Assembly (NCBI GenBank): GCA_030141605.1
Contig: JAQGDQ010000384.1
Location: forward strand, 114,438-178,437
Source: Tubiluchus corallicola
Lineage: Eukaryota > Animalia > Priapulida
Direction: 5' to 3'
Length of the DNA stretch: 64,000 bases
This document shows, in pieces, positions 52,001 to 61,606 of this stretch. The position numbers were made by a program, and so were the translations under genes. Positions within the stretch are counted from its first letter, which is position 1. Each line of letters opens with the position of its first letter. The notes under the pieces were generated by a model. That model searched no databases. It saw nothing but the letters and a program-made list of their open reading frames with translations, and was not told the origin of the DNA.

Positions 52001-53578
52001 TAATACCAGTACCTGGGGAGCATCAATTCCATCATTTGAAAACTCTCCAACCTGAAAAACCTGCCCATTGGCCGTATACTCAATTGCAACTGCTATAACT
52101 TCGTCTGAGCGCAAAGATGATGACAGAGATATATAGCCAAGCGCCTCATTAACTGTATACTCAGAAGAAGTGAGCCTCCTCGCATTCTCTATCTTCTCAT
52201 AATCCTGTCCGGCAACAAAGCCTTGCTGTGCCAATGGGCCCAGAACCTCTGTCACACGTGATATATCGCGAACATCGGCATAAGTCGATGTTATCTCCTT
52301 GTATATTCCGTTTATCCCATTATGAGGGTATATATTATACGGATATGAAAGCCCTGGAGTATCGCCAAACTCTGGAATAGATGTGGTTTGCCTATTATCC
52401 CCCTTCTCCCCCAAATCAATAAGTGCCAGTATATTTCTTGACTCTTTAAAACTGTTAGAGCGATTGGTTACCCACACCTCTACCCTGTTTATTCTTATTT
52501 GTGAATTTATAACCGGCAGATTTGCGAGGGCGTTATCATAACTCTCATAAAAGTGGTGCGCAAAAAAGAAATGACGGCTCTCGTCATAGTCTATTGCACT
52601 TATATCATAATCTGATTTTTGAGCACCTCCCTCTGTTTCTATAACTGTTGTTTCCCCTTTTTGCTGAGAAAAGACAGTTGAAACAGCCAAACGGCCAAAT
52701 TGCATATCGGTCCTTACCCCAAATAAATTTGTACCTCCCGATATTAACGACCCGGCTAATGGTAAAGATATATTCCCGGCTTCAACTCTCCTTATAATCT
52801 GATCTTCATCTCCGGTATATTCAAGCTTTATCCTATTTTCGAAGTCGAATGTTGCTTCCGTATCATAGCTTATTCCTACAGAGAGCTTCTCCCCCACTTT
52901 ACCCTCAACATTCATATTCACCTTCGCATCAAAGTCGGGAGTAGTAATACTTCTCATTCTCTCAGGGATAACCGGATTGTCTATATTGATAGTCTTCGCT
53001 CCAAGGCTTAATTCCACAAAACCCTGTGGAATTACGCTCACTACGTTAGACCCAAAAATAGAATAAAAAGCCTCCCCCTCTAACCGAAGTTCGGGAATCA
53101 GATTTGCAATAGGATTATACTGAGATTGTTGTTCAAATGACTCACGCGAAATACGCTTTCTCCAATACTTATTAAGCGACTCTTCAAAGCTTTGCTTCAG
53201 ATACTCTTCCTGGCTCAATATAGCGGGCAGCCTGTAGTTGATACTTCCCACCCTGCTTTGGATAGTGTACTCTTTTCTTTCAGGATCGTAGAGTACCTCT
53301 TCCGTTATATTTTCAGGATCTTTTAGAAAAAGAGAAGAGGTGTCTTGTTGCTCAACACCACTAAACACGCCCTTGCTTTTGAGTGGATAGGGCATATTGT
53401 CTGTAGTATCAGCCGCAGCCCACACTTCACTCATAGAAAGTATTCGAGCAAAATCACTCTCTACTGTAACTTCCGCACCAAGCAACGTATCTCTCCCCAC
53501 AAAAATCAATAATAAATATGCGATAAGCACAGGAAAAATCGGCGTATAGCTCCATTTTTTACCCAAAAGCCCGAACAA
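46043..53578 (-). CDS. sprA: Type IX secretion translocon SprA/Sov
   Basis: 2511 aa; YDTEATFDFENRIKLEYTGDED, YIDDFEG, RWGGIM, DFRSIRFMRMFL and WVNELRL; downstream of ruvA. Confidence 0.95.
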   Translation of the reverse strand: MFGLLGKKWSYTPIFPVLIAYLLLIFVGRDTLLGAEVTVESDFARILSMSEVWAAADTTDNMPYPLKSKGVFSGVEQQDTSSLFLKDPENITEEVLYDPERKEYTIQSRVGSINYRLPAILSQEEYLKQSFEESLNKYWRKRISRESFEQQSQYNPIANLIPELRLEGEAFYSIFGSNVVSVIPQGFVELSLGAKTINIDNPVIPERMRSITTPDFDAKVNMNVEGKVGEKLSVGISYDTEATFDFENRIKLEYTGDEDQIIRRVEAGNISLPLAGSLISGGTNLFGVRTDMQFGRLAVSTVFSQQKGETTVIETEGGAQKSDYDISAIDYDESRHFFFAHHFYESYDNALANLPVINSQIRINRVEVWVTNRSNSFKESRNILALIDLGEKGDNRQTTSIPEFGDTPGLSYPYNIYPHNGINGIYKEITSTYADVRDISRVTEVLGPLAQQGFVAGQDYEKIENARRLTSSEYTVNEALGYISLSSSLRSDEVIAVAIEYTANGQVFQVGEFSNDGIDAPQVLVLKLLKGTALNPSLKNWRLMMKNIYSLGAYQLSKSDFILDIAYKNDETGGHLNYIPDGPLKEKILLQAMNLDRLNSQNDPYPDGIFDYVEGITVNSSTGRVIFPVVEPFGSNLERQMNGDQEAIDKYVFSSLYNNTKTAAEQDAEKNKYSLRGSYKGESSAEIPLNTLNVARGSVRVMAGGTELVENIDYVVDYTLGRVRIINQGLLESGTPISISTESEDLFSMQRKTLLGTHMNYDVSDELNIGTTLMYLHEKPLTQKVNFSEDPISNTMLGFNASYATESKFITSVIDAIPLISTKAESNVAISAEWAKLFPSHSKAISSEGAVYIDDFEGTKTSISMKTHHLWVLASTPRGQDEFLEADLINDLSYGFNRSRLAWYVIDPLFQRNTSLTPAHLRSNPSQRSSHYVREVSQKEIFPDRQNVLGELTSLPTFDLAFYPSERGPYNFETGPSSYSAGTAPDGKMRDPQSRWGGIMRKVEASDFEAANVEYIEFWLMDPFAEDELNENLGGDLYFNLGDVSEDILRDGRKSFENGLSADGSYSNSDITAWGRVSKQQSLVRAFDNDPGARTYQDVGLNGMNSEDERSFYDEYINELRSIVSGEALETVINDPASDDYHYYRGSDYDEQELGIIERYKLYNNSEGNSPTSELSPESYSTAATSIPDAEDLIGDNTLNETEAYFQYHVRIDRDNLEVGKNYITDSKTAEVEFRDGTKSEITWYQFKVPIRSPQKSVGSISDFRSIRFMRMFLRGWEKPVVLRFATLDLVRADWRKYEKSLSEDSDILSEDTQLDISAVNIEENANRTPINYILPPGIERAIDPSNPQIRELNEQSMELRVLGLEEGDARGAYKTSRYDMRRYKLLKLEVHAEEVENSPLEDDELHVFLRLGSDFQHNYYEYDVPLKLTSPGYYNANNESDRFEVWPEENRVYIPLELLPKLKLERNEEMRRVGSGVSMQDEYEKIHEGVNDNKNRVKIKGNPTLSEVEVIMVGVRNKQGEGNKGDKSVIVWVNELRLTDFEEDGGWAAMGRISGNMADFGTYSFAGRTTSSGFGSIDSKMGQRTMEENNQYDISTSFELGKFFGTESNVKIPMYVGYSKQLIMPEYNPLDPDVKMKDALDATETKHERDSLNTIVQDLTTRKSISFTNVRVDKPNKKEVPMPYDISNFSVSYSYNKAFHRDVNVEKRVQKDTRMLLTYNYSLSPKPVEPFKKMDVFKSRAWALIRDFNFYYLPNKMGFRSDMMRRNSELKFRNITNPEYIIPTSYEKDFRWNRHYDFSYNLARSLRIDFSALNTSRIDEPLGAVDKDLPDYEAKRDTILKSILSGGRNIHYYHILNGSYTIPINKIPFLDWTSATARYRGTYDWEAGPITVPDYELGNTIRNSRGLQGSVRANMVNLYNKVPYLKKVNQKYARSLRGARRGTQRVDQASGNKFIESGISLEANTAYSVNHRLDTKKITVKVTNSRGERVKGKVKTDGRNSVLFTSPKSLDNIRIEVVRDQQHDDSKPSTINTIADGTTRFLMMVRDINVSYTQNDGTTLAGYLPGSSVLGTSSYKSPAINASARAPGWPFVLGHQDKNFAWAAIENGWLSTDSIVNQPYVMTSTNTLNIRTQIEPISGLKIELMSSRTYSDNTSEFYIHNEADGWSAANKTQYGSFSMTIVSINSSFEKLGQAGVQESKVWQEFQSYRREIASRLASNRVPNPHYGYSPGGIDSETGFPDGYGATSSEVLIPSFLAAYSGRSPQKVSLSPFPSAKFMMPNWRVRYTGLVNQVNKLKRMVKSVSLGHAYRSTYNVGGYTSNLNYIVADDGFSYTRDLQNNFVPKYNVATVNINEAFTPLFNIDVTWLNNIITAFEYRKSRSLTLSLANNQSTEVYNQETSFGAGYRIEDMQLFIKTKDSQMAVSNDLMLRADVGIRKNKTALRKLAEDSDQLTAGQKSLTIKFTADYSLSSAFLVRLYYDRVVNNPYISLSHPMSNTSFGASLRFTLSQF

Positions 53579-53620
53579 TTTAGTTTTCTCCTTTGATTTT
53601 TATGTAGCTAAAATATATAA

Positions 53621-54205
53621 TCAAAGGCTTTTAAGAGCCATCTTAACAAGCTGCTCAACCGATAGCTCCGGTTTTTCCAATAGAATTTTATCAAGAGCCT
53701 TCACCGTGGCTCGCTTGTTGAAACCCAGTATCTCTAAAGCAGATAACGCTTCATCTCTTATTGTATTGCCTGAAAATGCTAAAACCTGCCCTGAAGTCGC
53801 ACCCTCTCCCACTTTGTCTTTTAGGTCTATAATAACCCGTTGTGCCGTTTTTACTCCTATACCTTTTATGCTTTTCAGTATAGACACATTTTCCGATGCA
53901 ATTGCATTGCAAAGCTCTTCCACAGGAAGCGATGATAACATCATAATGGCAGTGTGCGCACTAATCCCACTTACAGATATCAAGTGGCGAAAAAGCGCTC
54001 TCTCTTCATTATCATGAAAGCCGTAAAGAAGGTGGGCATCATCTCTTACAATCTGGTGAACATATATCATCAGGTTTTTCTTCCCACTTAAACGGGAATA
54101 TGTAGATAGAGATATATTGATGAGATAGCCCACCCCTCCTACTTCAAGAACTACAGAAGCAGGATTTAGCTCAACTATATTCCCTCTTATATATTCATAC
54201 ATCAC
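53621..54205 (-). CDS. ruvA: Holliday junction branch migration protein RuvA
   Basis: GGVGY, HLLYGF, LISVSGI and IKGIGVKTAQRVIIDLKDK. Confidence 0.97.
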   Translation of the reverse strand: MMYEYIRGNIVELNPASVVLEVGGVGYLINISLSTYSRLSGKKNLMIYVHQIVRDDAHLLYGFHDNEERALFRHLISVSGISAHTAIMMLSSLPVEELCNAIASENVSILKSIKGIGVKTAQRVIIDLKDKVGEGATSGQVLAFSGNTIRDEALSALEILGFNKRATVKALDKILLEKPELSVEQLVKMALKSL

Positions 54206-54213
54206 AAAAGCCT

Positions 54214-55272
54214 TTATTTATTATCTTTTTCAACATCAGCTTTTTTTAAAGGACGTGCCGAATAATCTTCATACCGCATTCTATTATTAAAAATATCTAT
54301 TGCGGAATAAAGCGCGCTACGAAATGAAGCTTCAGAAGACTCCCCTTTACCTGCTATATCATATGCCGTTCCATGCCCCGGAGAGGTCCTTATAATAGGG
54401 AGCCCGGCAATGTAATTCACACCCAAATCAAAAGCATTCATCTTGAAAGGGATAAGCCCCTGATCGTGATACATTGCAAGCACTGCATCAAACTTTTTAT
54501 AGTTTTCTGAGCCAAAAAAACCATCCGCAGGATATGGCCCCATAGCAATAATCCCTTTTTCTGATGCCTGCGCTATTGAGGGCTTTATTATCTCCTCCTC
54601 TTCGCTTCCCAAAATTCCCTTTTCTCCAGCATGAGGGTTAAGTGCAAGTACTGCTATTCTGGGCTTGTGAATTGAAAAATCTTCCAGTAGCGTCTTATGC
54701 AAAGTTTCAATTTTAGAAAGCACCCTTTTCTGCGATACCTGTTCTGCAACCTCTTTTAGCGGAATATGCCCGGTTACAACTCCCACCTTAATCTGTTCGT
54801 GCATCATCAGTGTCAAAAAGTTCTCTCCACCAAACTCATGTGCAAAATACTCAGTATGCCCAGAGAAAGAGAACCTGTCTGACTGTATGCAATGTTTATT
54901 TATGGGGGCGGTAACCAACACATCTATATCTCCATTCTTTATCCATTTTACAGCCTCTTCTAAAGCCATATAGGCAGCCTCTCCTGACATGGAGGTTGGT
55001 TTGCCCAGCTCTACTCTAACATTCTCATCAACACAGCCTACAATATTGCACTTTCTGGGATTCACTTCCCGGACCGATGTTATATGGTTAAAACTAATAT
55101 TGTTAATATTCAATGTCTTTCGATGGTATGCAGCTACTTTAGGAGATCCATATATTATCGGAGTACATAGATCCAATATTCTGCTGTCTAGCAATGTTTT
55201 AATAATAACTTCATATCCTATACCGTTAATGTCTCCATGCGTAATACCTACCCTTATTTTATTTGACTTCAT
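54214..55272 (-). CDS. pdxA: 4-hydroxythreonine-4-phosphate dehydrogenase
   Basis: GDINGIGYE, VTAPINK, GHTEY, LNPHAG, AMYHDQG and RTSPGHGTA. Confidence 0.96.
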   Translation of the reverse strand: MKSNKIRVGITHGDINGIGYEVIIKTLLDSRILDLCTPIIYGSPKVAAYHRKTLNINNISFNHITSVREVNPRKCNIVGCVDENVRVELGKPTSMSGEAAYMALEEAVKWIKNGDIDVLVTAPINKHCIQSDRFSFSGHTEYFAHEFGGENFLTLMMHEQIKVGVVTGHIPLKEVAEQVSQKRVLSKIETLHKTLLEDFSIHKPRIAVLALNPHAGEKGILGSEEEEIIKPSIAQASEKGIIAMGPYPADGFFGSENYKKFDAVLAMYHDQGLIPFKMNAFDLGVNYIAGLPIIRTSPGHGTAYDIAGKGESSEASFRSALYSAIDIFNNRMRYEDYSARPLKKADVEKDNK

Positions 55273-55677
55273 CTGGTTATTAATTTAATCCTCAATCTTC
55301 AATCGTCAGACGGGACTGTATTATATAAAATATTTATTATCCATATTGTATCCAAAAACCTTTGCTAATGAATACAGCTAATATTAAAATATTTATGAAT
55401 AGTTATCTTAATCGTGACTGTATAGCTTTATTGAATTTGTGTATAATCCACTCTAGTATGAACTCTTTAACTACCCCGTAATTAGTATCGTGACAAAAAG
55501 CGATCTATATCAGACTTGTATACTTCCCCGGTAAGCACCCTTAAGTCTGTCAAAAGGAACTTCCGATCTTACGCTTTCAAATTTATACTTTTATTCGATA
55601 TGCAGGCACTATTTTCCATGCATAATGACTTTGTCCATTCTAATAAGAGAAGGAATTTAAGATAAGAATTTAACACC

Positions 55678-57111
55678 CTAATTATTGTATTTTTTGAAAA
55701 ATTCAACAAGCAGCCTCACTCCTGCTCCTGTTCCTCCTCTACCCCTATAGCTATCCTCCCGGCTCAGGAAGGATGGTGCGGCAATATCAAGGTGCACCCA
55801 CGGGTAATCTGTAAAGTTTTCAAGAAACTTACCAGCAGTAATTGCTCCAGCCTCTTTACCTCCTATGTTTTTCAGATCTGCTATATCTGATTTCAGCTCA
55901 TCGCCATAATCATCCCAGAAAGGGAAGCGTGCAATGCGCTCACAAGCTATCTCTCCTGCATCCTCCATATCCTGCATTGTCTTATCACTGGCATTTCCCA
56001 TAGCAACAATACCATATTTCCCTACTGCCATGGCTGCTGAGCCTGTCAGGGTGGCTACATCTATAACCAACTCCGGGTCATATTTTTTTGCATAGCTTAG
56101 GGCATCGGCCAACAGTAGTCTTCCTTCAGCATCGGTGTTTAGCACCTCTACTGTCTTTCCATCATGCATTGTAATAATATCCCCTGGTGCATATGCATTC
56201 CCAGCAGGCCGGTTGTCAGTAGCAGGAACAAGGGCAATTACGTGTAAACGCATACCGGTAGCTGCTGCTGCATATAATGCTCCTGCGACAGTTGCTCCAC
56301 CTGCCATATCCGATTTCATATGGTCCATTGAATCGGGAGTAGGCTTCAGACTCAACCCTCCCGTATCATAAACAATCCCTTTGCCAACAAGGATCAATGG
56401 CTTCTCATTAATTGGGTTTTGAGGCTTCCACTCCAGAATCGAAAAAGTCGGGGGATCTACGCTACCTCTATTAACAGCAAGAAGTCCTCCCATTTTTAAT
56501 CGTGATATCTTCTCTTTCCCAAATACCTGAACTGAGAACCCAGCCTCCTCCCCCATCTCTGCAAAACGATCAGAAAGTTCTTTGGCATTAAGATGGGATA
56601 GTGGCTCGTTCACTAGATTACGAGCATGGTAAACAGCTCTTGCAGTATGCTGCAAAGCGTTAACATCAAGCTTGTCTGCTACTCCCTCTAATAAAATAAT
56701 TTTCCTGAGTTTCGTAGCTTTTTCCTCTTTGTCAGACCGATATTTAAGGAACTGATAACTCCCAAGCATAAGCCCCTCCACCAGAGGCTCTGCACCAGAC
56801 GAATCGCCTGCTATTCCTATATCCGGGAGCTTTTCATCTCTCAACAGTCCGGCAATATCACTGCCGTGCTTGCGAAGTGCTTCATTTCGCGCGTGCACGT
56901 CTCCCCTTTTTGCCTCTTCGAATATATATATATCCCATTTTCCATAGTTATTAACTTTTACTATAGGTTTATCCTCTTTTATCAGCTTGTTGAAAATGTA
57001 GCCCTTTGCCTCCTCATCAATTGTAAAATCACTGAGATGATCCTTATCTTTTAGTATATGCACTATGCTATTACCGTGATAGTGCTTCTCTTTTAATATC
57101 TGTATGTCCAT
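55678..57111 (-). CDS. pepA: Leucyl aminopeptidase (M17)
   Basis: VGKGIVYDTGG, MKSDMAG, NTDAEGRL, ATLTG and HLDIA. Confidence 0.95.
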   Translation of the reverse strand: MDIQILKEKHYHGNSIVHILKDKDHLSDFTIDEEAKGYIFNKLIKEDKPIVKVNNYGKWDIYIFEEAKRGDVHARNEALRKHGSDIAGLLRDEKLPDIGIAGDSSGAEPLVEGLMLGSYQFLKYRSDKEEKATKLRKIILLEGVADKLDVNALQHTARAVYHARNLVNEPLSHLNAKELSDRFAEMGEEAGFSVQVFGKEKISRLKMGGLLAVNRGSVDPPTFSILEWKPQNPINEKPLILVGKGIVYDTGGLSLKPTPDSMDHMKSDMAGGATVAGALYAAAATGMRLHVIALVPATDNRPAGNAYAPGDIITMHDGKTVEVLNTDAEGRLLLADALSYAKKYDPELVIDVATLTGSAAMAVGKYGIVAMGNASDKTMQDMEDAGEIACERIARFPFWDDYGDELKSDIADLKNIGGKEAGAITAGKFLENFTDYPWVHLDIAAPSFLSREDSYRGRGGTGAGVRLLVEFFKKYNN

Positions 57112-57232
57112 AGCTTTATTATTTAATTTTATATTTTAGTCGCTTACTCTCTTTAAGTTAATATCAGGCATAGTTTGTAGTCCTCTGCCTGCTCCAAAAT
57201 TACTACCTTTATCTCAAATTATTCAGATAATT

Positions 57233-58321
57233 ATGAAGTTTGAAACATTATATGATAAGGCACTTAGTTTTAAGCCTCTATCCGTTGAAGAGGGGCTTTT
57301 TTTATATAAATATTCACCCGCCTCGGAGCTAAACTTCATAGCCAATGAGTTGCGAAAAAAGAAAAACCCTGGAAATACTGTAACCTGGATCATTGACAGG
57401 AATATAAATATCACAAATGTATGTATTGCGGGATGTAAGTTTTGTAATTTTCACAGGAACCCAGGCTCTAATGACGCTTTTACTACCGATATTAAGAGCT
57501 ATGTGTCAAAGATAGAGGAGATGCAAAAGCTAGGAGGGAGACAGATATTACTACAGGGGGGACTACATCCTGAGTATAATCTATCATTTTATTGTGATCT
57601 TTTCAGTAAGCTGAAAGGGCATTTCCCCGATATAGCACTTCACGCCCTTAGTCCTCCTGAAATAGTCCATATTGCCAAAAAAGAGCATAAAAATTACAAA
57701 GAGGTGCTTGAGCTGCTTATAGAGTCCGGGCTTGACAGTTTACCAGGAGCGGGAGCAGAGATTTTGTGCGACAGAGTGAGGAGACGCATATCTCCAGGAA
57801 AAGCAACAGTTGATGAGTGGCTGGGGGTGATGAAAGAGGCTCACAGATTAAATATGATAACGTCTGCCACAATGATGTTTGGACATATAGAGTCGCACAG
57901 GGAGCGCTTAGAGCATCTTGCACTTATTAGAGGGTTGCAGGATGAGCGCCCTCCCGGTTCAACGGGTTTTACCGCATTTATCCCCTGGCCTGTTATACTT
58001 TCTGGCACAAAACTCGGAAAGGAGAGAGAGATAAGGCCGGTACTTCCGGCTGAGTACATCCGAGCTATTGCTATAAGCAGGATAATGCTGAATAATATAA
58101 ATAATATACAGGCGTCGTGGCTGACTATGGGAAAAGAGGTGGCGCAGTTGTCTCTATATGCCGGAGCAAACGACATGGGGTCAGTAATGATTGAAGAGAA
58201 CGTGGTAGCTTCGGCAGGAGCTTCGCATAAGATGGGTGTCGCAGAAATACAAAAAGCAATTGTTGATGCCGGCTTTTCCCCACAGTTACGTAATCAGGCA
58301 TATGAGTCTGTGGTGGGCTAG
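57233..58321 (+). CDS. mqnC: Cyclic dehypoxanthinyl futalosine synthase (CofH/MqnC radical SAM)
   Basis: DRNINITNVCIAGCKFC, LLQGGLHP, SLPGAGAEIL, ATMMFGHIE, FTAFIPW and GANDMGSVMIEENVV. Confidence 0.87.
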   Translation: MKFETLYDKALSFKPLSVEEGLFLYKYSPASELNFIANELRKKKNPGNTVTWIIDRNINITNVCIAGCKFCNFHRNPGSNDAFTTDIKSYVSKIEEMQKLGGRQILLQGGLHPEYNLSFYCDLFSKLKGHFPDIALHALSPPEIVHIAKKEHKNYKEVLELLIESGLDSLPGAGAEILCDRVRRRISPGKATVDEWLGVMKEAHRLNMITSATMMFGHIESHRERLEHLALIRGLQDERPPGSTGFTAFIPWPVILSGTKLGKEREIRPVLPAEYIRAIAISRIMLNNINNIQASWLTMGKEVAQLSLYAGANDMGSVMIEENVVASAGASHKMGVAEIQKAIVDAGFSPQLRNQAYESVVG

Positions 58322-58339
58322 GGAGGGATTTTTTGCAAG

Positions 58340-58522
58340 ATGAAGCTGGGTAAGGGTGAAGAAAAATTCGATGAGAAACCGCAGCTTCCTGATGTAAGTG
58401 AAGATTTTCGCCAAAGCAGTAATAAAAATTATGATTATGTAAAAGTCTTCAGTATTTTTTATATCAGATTCCTTCGGGGTGCATTTCGTTTGCTTCGAGG
58501 TATCAGATGGAGAGGCTTCTGA
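58340..58522 (+). CDS. Possible small hypothetical protein
   Basis: ATG 18 bp after mqnC on the same strand; no recognisable motif. Confidence 0.3.
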   Translation: MKLGKGEEKFDEKPQLPDVSEDFRQSSNKNYDYVKVFSIFYIRFLRGAFRLLRGIRWRGF

Positions 58523-58899
58523 GAAAAATTGCACATGAGAAAAATCAACAATACCTTTGAGATGTAGGAATACAATTGCTTTCGACCCCATAGCTCATTA
58601 AACGATCAAACGTCAAGTGATGTTTATAAAAAGGAAGCTCAGATGTCCGATTTTTCTATTTTAGAGTGTGTCGGTTAAGGGGGAGGGGATCACTTCTCAA
58701 GCTAGTTGATATTTTTTAGACTACAAGAGTAAAGTACAATTAAAGAAGAGAGGATAATAAGATCCCTGAGCTTTAACATATTCCCTTAGGCTTTTATATA
58801 TTATGCTACAATTTAATTCCATTATTGATTTATTAAAAGCCCTTGCAACAAAAAGCCCTTGCAATTCATAAATCACAAAGGCTTTCTTTTTCTAGGTAG

Positions 58900-58924
58900 T
58901 AGCGGGGACAGGACTTGAACCTGC

Positions 58925-58956
<32 letters not shown>

Positions 58957-58972
58957 ACTGCTCTACCCCGCA
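58900..58972 (-). tRNA. Initiator tRNA-fMet (CAT)
   Basis: rc TGCGGGGTAGAGCAGTTGGTAGCTCGTCGGGCTCATAACCCGGAGGTCGCAGGTTCAAGTCCTGTCCCCGCTA has an unpaired 1:72 and a GGG/CCC anticodon stem. Confidence 0.96.
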
Positions 58973-59043
58973 ATATATTATCAAGTAAAGCAAATAGTCA
59001 CTTAGTATTTGCTCTTCATTTTTAGCAAGTGTGTCAAGCGAGG

Positions 59044-59075
59044 CAAATATAAAGCTGAAATACCGATAAAACAAA
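59044..59075 (-). promoter_or_regulatory. Bacteroidota promoter for tRNA-fMet
   Basis: Minus strand TTTG - 20 nt - TATATTTG. Confidence 0.72.
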
Positions 59076-59164
59076 TCTTTCATAGAAAAACAGTCTTAGC
59101 AAGCTCGGGAGCATATGCCTTAATGCTATCTTTACTACGCCACTTAGCCTCTAAAGTTTTCATA

Positions 59165-59449
59165 ATCAGCTCCCTAAGTTGCTTTAATTGCGGAACAGTA
59201 ATGCCATTGGCCATATTGAAATCATATTTTTCGAGATTGTGATCTTTGGGTAACCAGGCCAGTTTCATTCTTCGATCAAGGTCGGTCTTCTGACGATGTA
59301 GCACTTCCCGATGAATAAGGTTCAACATAAATTCGGTATATGATGGTTTATCAATTTGTGCTTTATGAATGATTTCTTCAGGAGTATTTCTGGTTTGGGT
59401 TAACTTTAAAATGTCAGCATACCGCTTAATTTTGTTCAATTTGTTTCAT
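59165..59449 (-). pseudogene. istB: Truncated IstB ATPase helper
   Basis: SYTEFMLNLIHREVLHRQ...RRMKLAWLP..LEKYDF...QLKQLREL; homology ends before the Walker A motif. Confidence 0.82.
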
Positions 59450-59450
59450 T

Positions 59451-61008
59451 TTAAATCATTTTTTCGTAAAAGTTTATATTGCTTGTTTTAGGTTGTATAT
59501 CATTGTAATTGAAATTATTATCCAGGGTTTGTATATCTACCGCACTGCGTTCTTTGCTAATGAAATATTCCTTTTGGTAATGGGCTAGGGTTTCTATAAA
59601 ACGGTATGCATTCAAAACGTTGTTTCCCAAACAAAAATCAATTGCTTGGTTTATACACTGTTCATTAGCCTTCTTAACGGGTTCTACCATAACTCGGATA
59701 TTGTCGTGGTAATACCTGAGCTTATCCTTTTCAAGCCTGCTAAGGTACATTGTCGCTTTGTGTGTACTGCCAAGCTCATGAAGTAGGATTTCATGCATTT
59801 TTCTGAGTGTTTTTGACTTAGTTCTACGATGATCAGTATTTCTTACATAAACACCTTTCCCTGTTGGTACTTTGTGTTTTGTCAACAGTTCATTTTCAAG
59901 AGTAAATACCGATAGCACATTATCTCTGTCAGCAAGTAAAACAGTTGTCTCAAGGCCTTGATATGTACCAATGGGCAAGCTGTAAAAATTACCACGATAA
60001 GCGATGGTATTATCTTTTCTAACTTTATATTTTGGAAGCTGCACCAGTGGTTTTTCCGGTGTGTCCGAGTAAGGCTGTAAGTGTTGTTTTTCAATTGACC
60101 ATTCCTGCTTGGGGATTTTCCTTGTTGCACTATGAACCTTTGCATTGCCGGTACGTTCGAGCCAGGCCAAACAATCAGTTTACAGTGCATTAATGCTTAT
60201 AAAAGTGCGGCCTTTAAAAAAATTATGCTTTACAAATTTAACCACATTTTCAACCTTGCCTTTGGACTCAGGATCTGCTTTCTTACAAAAAACTGTTTCA
60301 AATGGGTATTGCTGACTAAAACGAGAAAAACCCTCTGTCAACAGTACTTCACCAAGGTTTTCATCATTTACAAACACCCTCTCTTGATCATAGATTATTT
60401 GGCATGGTATTCCACCAAAATATTCAAAAGCAAGCTCGTGTGCATAAATGGCAGTCTGAGTAGTAAAAGGAAAGTGCTGACAATAAACATATTTATACCT
60501 GGAACGAGATAATACAATAGCAAAAAAATAATTTTTTTTCCGTTTACTACCACCTATACCCTGCATATGACATTCGCCAAAGGTCTACCTGAGCTTCTGA
60601 ACCATATTCAACTTCAGGCAGCATCTGATATTGACGACCTGTATACTATTTGTGTTTCTGAAGATCATGTTGTTCGCGTATGCTTTTTACGAAATTATAT
60701 ACTGTTTTACTATCAACTTGGGGCAAGTCATTGAAGTTTTCTTTTAAACGATCTTCGACTTGAGCAGCAGATAAATAAGGAGTCTTTTCTAATAAATCTT
60801 TTACATAATTATAATAGGATGACAACTTTCTAGGCAAGCGCCTAGGTTGATTTATCCACTCTGTGAATTTTTCTTCATCCATCTGTAGATATTTTCGTAC
60901 TGTTCCTCTATCAATACCTAATTCACGACTGATTTGACTTTTATTAAGTCCTGTATTCCATAATTCTTTAACTTTGTAACACATAAAAACTTTTTTGTTT
61001 TTATTCAT
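59451..61008 (-). pseudogene. istA: Frameshifted IstA transposase
   Basis: Three fragments: HTH SQISRELGIDRGTVRKYL; LSRSRYK...YDQ...DPESKGKVENVVKFVK; VRKDNTIAYRGNFYSLP. Confidence 0.88.
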
Positions 61009-61227
61009 AGCCTTTGTTTTTTAGATTTTGCAACCTAAAAATGAAGGCTAACATCTGGTGATGTTTAGTTGCGAAAAATTGATGGTACAAATTTCCTATT
61101 TACATATCTGTTTTGAGTGATAAATTGACAGGCCTGGAACCCGCAGTCCTTTACTAAGGTCATACACTCAGCATTGAGACACTGACCTCCTCCCCAGATT
61201 TGGCTATACACAAATCGGGCTTATAAA

Positions 61228-61464
61228 ATGAAGGAAATAAATGGCATGACAAAAGTTTGGATTATAAGCATATCACTTTTAGCAGCTTTTACTGTTTTGA
61301 TAGCATTGGTTTCACTGAGTCATTATAAAAGATATAACAGAGAGAAGATGTGGAAGTTACTGGGATTTAAAGTTGGTTTTTGGCAGGGAGTTGTTTTAGT
61401 GAGTATGGCATTGACCATATCGATTCTTCTCTTATTAAAATGGACTAGGTTGTTGACTTTTTAA
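61228..61464 (+). CDS. Small hypothetical membrane protein
   Basis: 78 aa with two hydrophobic segments separated by a basic loop. Confidence 0.55.
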   Translation: MKEINGMTKVWIISISLLAAFTVLIALVSLSHYKRYNREKMWKLLGFKVGFWQGVVLVSMALTISILLLLKWTRLLTF

Positions 61465-61606
61465 AATAGTCAGTGCCCTACAGTGACTCTAAAGTGTAGG
61501 CTTAATTAAGCAAGCTATCCCTGTTCTTCATAGCCGGACCGATGGAGATATTAAGGCAAAAGCCTCAGTATTGTTAGCATGCTTCCCCAAATGCAAGTCA
61601 GACTCC

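Larger units (their letters stand above)
59165..61104 (-). mobile_element. Degenerate IS21-family element with only one end preserved
   Basis: istA fragments followed by truncated istB. The putative end reads rc TGTAAATAGGAAATTTGTACCA...AAACATCACCA at 61104. Confidence 0.85.

Noticed and set aside
58836-58890. Tandem AAAAGCCCTTGCAA repeat after tRNA-fMet as a recombination site
   Set aside because: Adequately explained as a terminator hairpin arm with a short local duplication.
58892-59083. 63-aa ORF across the tRNA-fMet
   Set aside because: It overlaps the tRNA and its promoter; spurious.
61127-61144. 15/18 match to the tRNA-fMet T-arm region as an att site
   Set aside because: The match is short and imperfect, lies on the 5' side of the tRNA, and has no integrase nearby; probably chance.
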